Source: Macrostomum lignano
Lineage: Eukaryota
DNA: 64,000 nt
Direction: 5' to 3'
NCBI GenBank assembly: GCA_002269645.1
Contig: NIVC01002766.1
Span: 62,001-126,000, forward strand
Position 1 is the first letter of the stretch. Every line of letters begins with the position of its first letter. Below are positions 61,817 to 64,000 of the stretch, piece by piece. Made by a program: the position numbers and the translations under genes. The notes below the pieces were generated by a model. That model was not told where the DNA came from, did not search any database, and saw only the letters and a list, made by a program, of their open reading frames with translations.

Positions 61817-62149
61817 CTGTAATTCGAATCCAGAATCCTGAGCCATCAGGCACTCCCAATTAACCAGTTCAACAATTCGAACCCGATAGAACGCGTCCAG
61901 GAACTCTTCGATAGCCGCAAATCGAGCCATTGGCGTATCGATTGCAGCCGTTTGGGGCGCCGGAGCCGCGCAACAGCCGAGACTGACGCAGAGGTCGCGC
62001 AATAAGCGACCATCGGCCAAGTCTGACTCTGTTGGCGGTCTGTTGCCCTTGCCAGTGGAGGGAGAAACAGTGCCGGATAATAGCTGGCCAATCCAGGCCA
62101 ACAGGCAGGACCGCCTAGCGGGGTCTACTGGGGCGGTGGTGTCCTCGTC
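61817..62149 (-). CDS. NUMA1: NuMA-like first coding exon seen (N-terminal hook/CH-like domain); start either ATG 62158 or supplied by splicing at 62149
   Basis: RRSCLLAWIGQL...DLADGRLL resembles NuMA RGAALLSWVNSL...QLQDCSIF; donor CAG|GTAAGA; 111 codons; ten exons sum to 4470 nt in frame. Confidence 0.8.
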
Positions 62150-64000
62150 CTGAAGCATTTTACAGTGTGATTAAGCTGAAGCAGGATGGGATCCCCAGTC
62201 CTGAAGCATTTTACAGTGTAATTAAGCCCAGGTAAGATGGGATCCCCAGTCCTGAAGCATTTTACAGTGTCATTAAGCTGAGGCAATATCGGATCCCCAG
62301 TCCTGAAGCATTTTACAGTGTGATTAAGCTGAAGCAGGATGGGATCCCCAGTCCTGAAGCATTTTACAGTGTGATTAAGCTGAGGTAGGATGGGATCCCA
62401 GTCCTGAAGCATTTTACACTGTGATTAAGCTGAAGCAGGATGATATCCCCAGTCCTGAAGCATTTTACAGTGTGATTAAGCTGAGGTAGGATGGGATCCC
62501 CAGTCCTGAAGCATTTTACAGTGTGATTAAGCTGAAGCAGGATGGGATCCTCAGTCCTGAAGCATTTTACAGTGTGATTAAGCTGAGGCAATATGGGATC
62601 CCCAGTTCTGAAGCATTTTACAGTGTGATTAAGCTGAAGCAGGATGGGATCCCCAGTCCTGAAGCATTTTACAGTGTGATTAAGCTGAGGTAGGATGGGA
62701 TCCCCAGTCCTGAAGCATTTTACAGTGTGATTAAGCTGAGGCAATATTGGATCCCCAGTCCTGAAGCATTTTACAGTGTGATTAAGCTGAGGCAATATGG
62801 GATCCCCAGTTCTGAAGCATTTTACAGTGTGATTAAGCTGAAGCAGGATGGGATCCCCAGTCCTGAAGCATTTTACAGTGTGATTAAGCTGAGGTAGGAT
62901 GGGATCCCCAGTCCTGAAGCATTTTACAGTGTGATTAAGCTGAGGTAGGATGGGATCCCCAGTCCTGAAGCATTTTACAGTGTGATTAAGCTGAGGCAAT
63001 ATTGGATCCCCAGTCCTGAAGCATTTTACAGTGTGATTAAGATGAGGTAGAATGGGATCCCCAGTCCTGAAGCATTTTACAGTGTGATTTAGCTGAGGCA
63101 ATATCGGATCCCCAGTCCTGAAGCATTTTACAGTGTGATTAAGCTGAAGCAGGATGGGATCCCCAGTCCTGAAGCATTTTACAGTGTCATTAAGCTGAGG
63201 CAATATTGGATCCCCAGTTCTGAAGCATTTTACAGTGTGATTAAGCTGAGGTAGGATGGGATCCCCAGTCCTGAAGCATTTTACAGTGTGATTAAGCTGA
63301 GGTAGGATGGGATCCCCAGTCCTGAGGCATTTTACAGTGTCATTAAGCTGAGGTAGGATGGGATCCCCAGTCCTGAAGCATTTTACAGTGTAATTAAGCC
63401 CAGGTAAGATGGGATCCCCAGTCCTGAAGCATTTTACAGTGTCATTAAGCTGAGGCAATATCGGATCCCCAGTCCTGAAGCATTTTACAGTGTGATTAAG
63501 CTGAGGTAGGATGGGATCCCCAGTCCTGAAGCATTTTACAGTGTGATTAAGCTGAGGTAGGATGGGATCCCCAGTCCTGAAGCATTTTACAGTGTGATTA
63601 AGCTGAGGCAATATTGGATCCCCAGTCCTGAAGCATTTTACAGTGTGATTAAGCTGAGGCAATATGGGATCCCCAGTTCTGAAGCATTTTACAGTGTGAT
63701 TAAGCTGAAGCAGGATGGGATCCCCAGTCTTGAAGCATTTTACAGTGTGATTAAGCTGAGGTAGGATGGGATCCCTAGTCCTGAAGCATTTTACAGTGTG
63801 ATTAAGCTGAGGCAATATTGGATCCCCAGTCCTGAAGCATTTTACAGTGTGATTAAGCTGAGGTAGGATGGGATCCCCAGTCCTGAAGCATTTTACAGTG
63901 TGATTAAGCTGAGGTAGGATGGGATCCCCAGTCCTGAAGCATTTTACAGTGTAATTAAGCCCAGGTAAGATGGGATCCCCAGTCCTGAAGCATTTTACAG
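62150..64000. repeat. 51-bp minisatellite abutting the NUMA1 5' end, about 36 units, continues off the right edge
   Basis: Unit CCTGAAGCATTTTACAGTGTGATTAAGCTGAGGTAGGATGGGATCCCCAGT; period 51 (62149 to 62200). Confidence 0.97.

Noticed and set aside
62364-63815. 483-aa ORF (PQLNHTVKCFRTGDPIL)n and other long periodic ORFs at 23126-23939, 24317-25907, 26003-26616, 27786-28589, 42458-43732, 46146-46707, 52753-55753 and 57391-58417
   Set aside because: By-products of tandem units that lack stops in some frame; often open on both strands, no domain signal, and they lie in introns or spacers

Overview
Eukaryotic genomic DNA: GC-rich exons separated by AT-rich or minisatellite-filled introns and spacers. 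The style suggests a free-living flatworm such as Macrostomum (inference, not verified). I reconstructed nine protein-coding genes with GT-AG junctions and consistent phases: SNRNP200 first coding exon (-), DNAJB11 (4 exons, -, 355 aa), DCXR (+), an ANKRD63-like gene (3 exons, -, 433 aa), VPS9D1 (-, with a frame break and no ATG), RPL13 (-), RPL36 (+), NPL (2 exons, +, 319 aa) and a NuMA/NUMA1 orthologue (10 exons including a 33-nt microexon, -, about 1490 aa). Roughly 25 kb (about 40%) is about 25 distinct tandem arrays. Mobile DNA comprises a truncated mariner, two tRNA/CORE-like SINEs and a 992-bp solo LTR with a GAGG target-site duplication. Best candidate system: a bidirectional promoter driving two mirror-image putative operons (RPL13->VPS9D1 and RPL36->NPL). 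In each, a ribosomal-protein gene is followed by a minisatellite spacer and then a gene whose 5' splice acceptor is in frame for a spliced-leader-donated AUG; VPS9D1 has no ATG for its conserved N-terminus. Also notable: a 51-bp array of about 36 tandem copies of the NUMA1 5' acceptor plus an ATG. All homology calls are by eye from remembered protein motifs; no database search was run.
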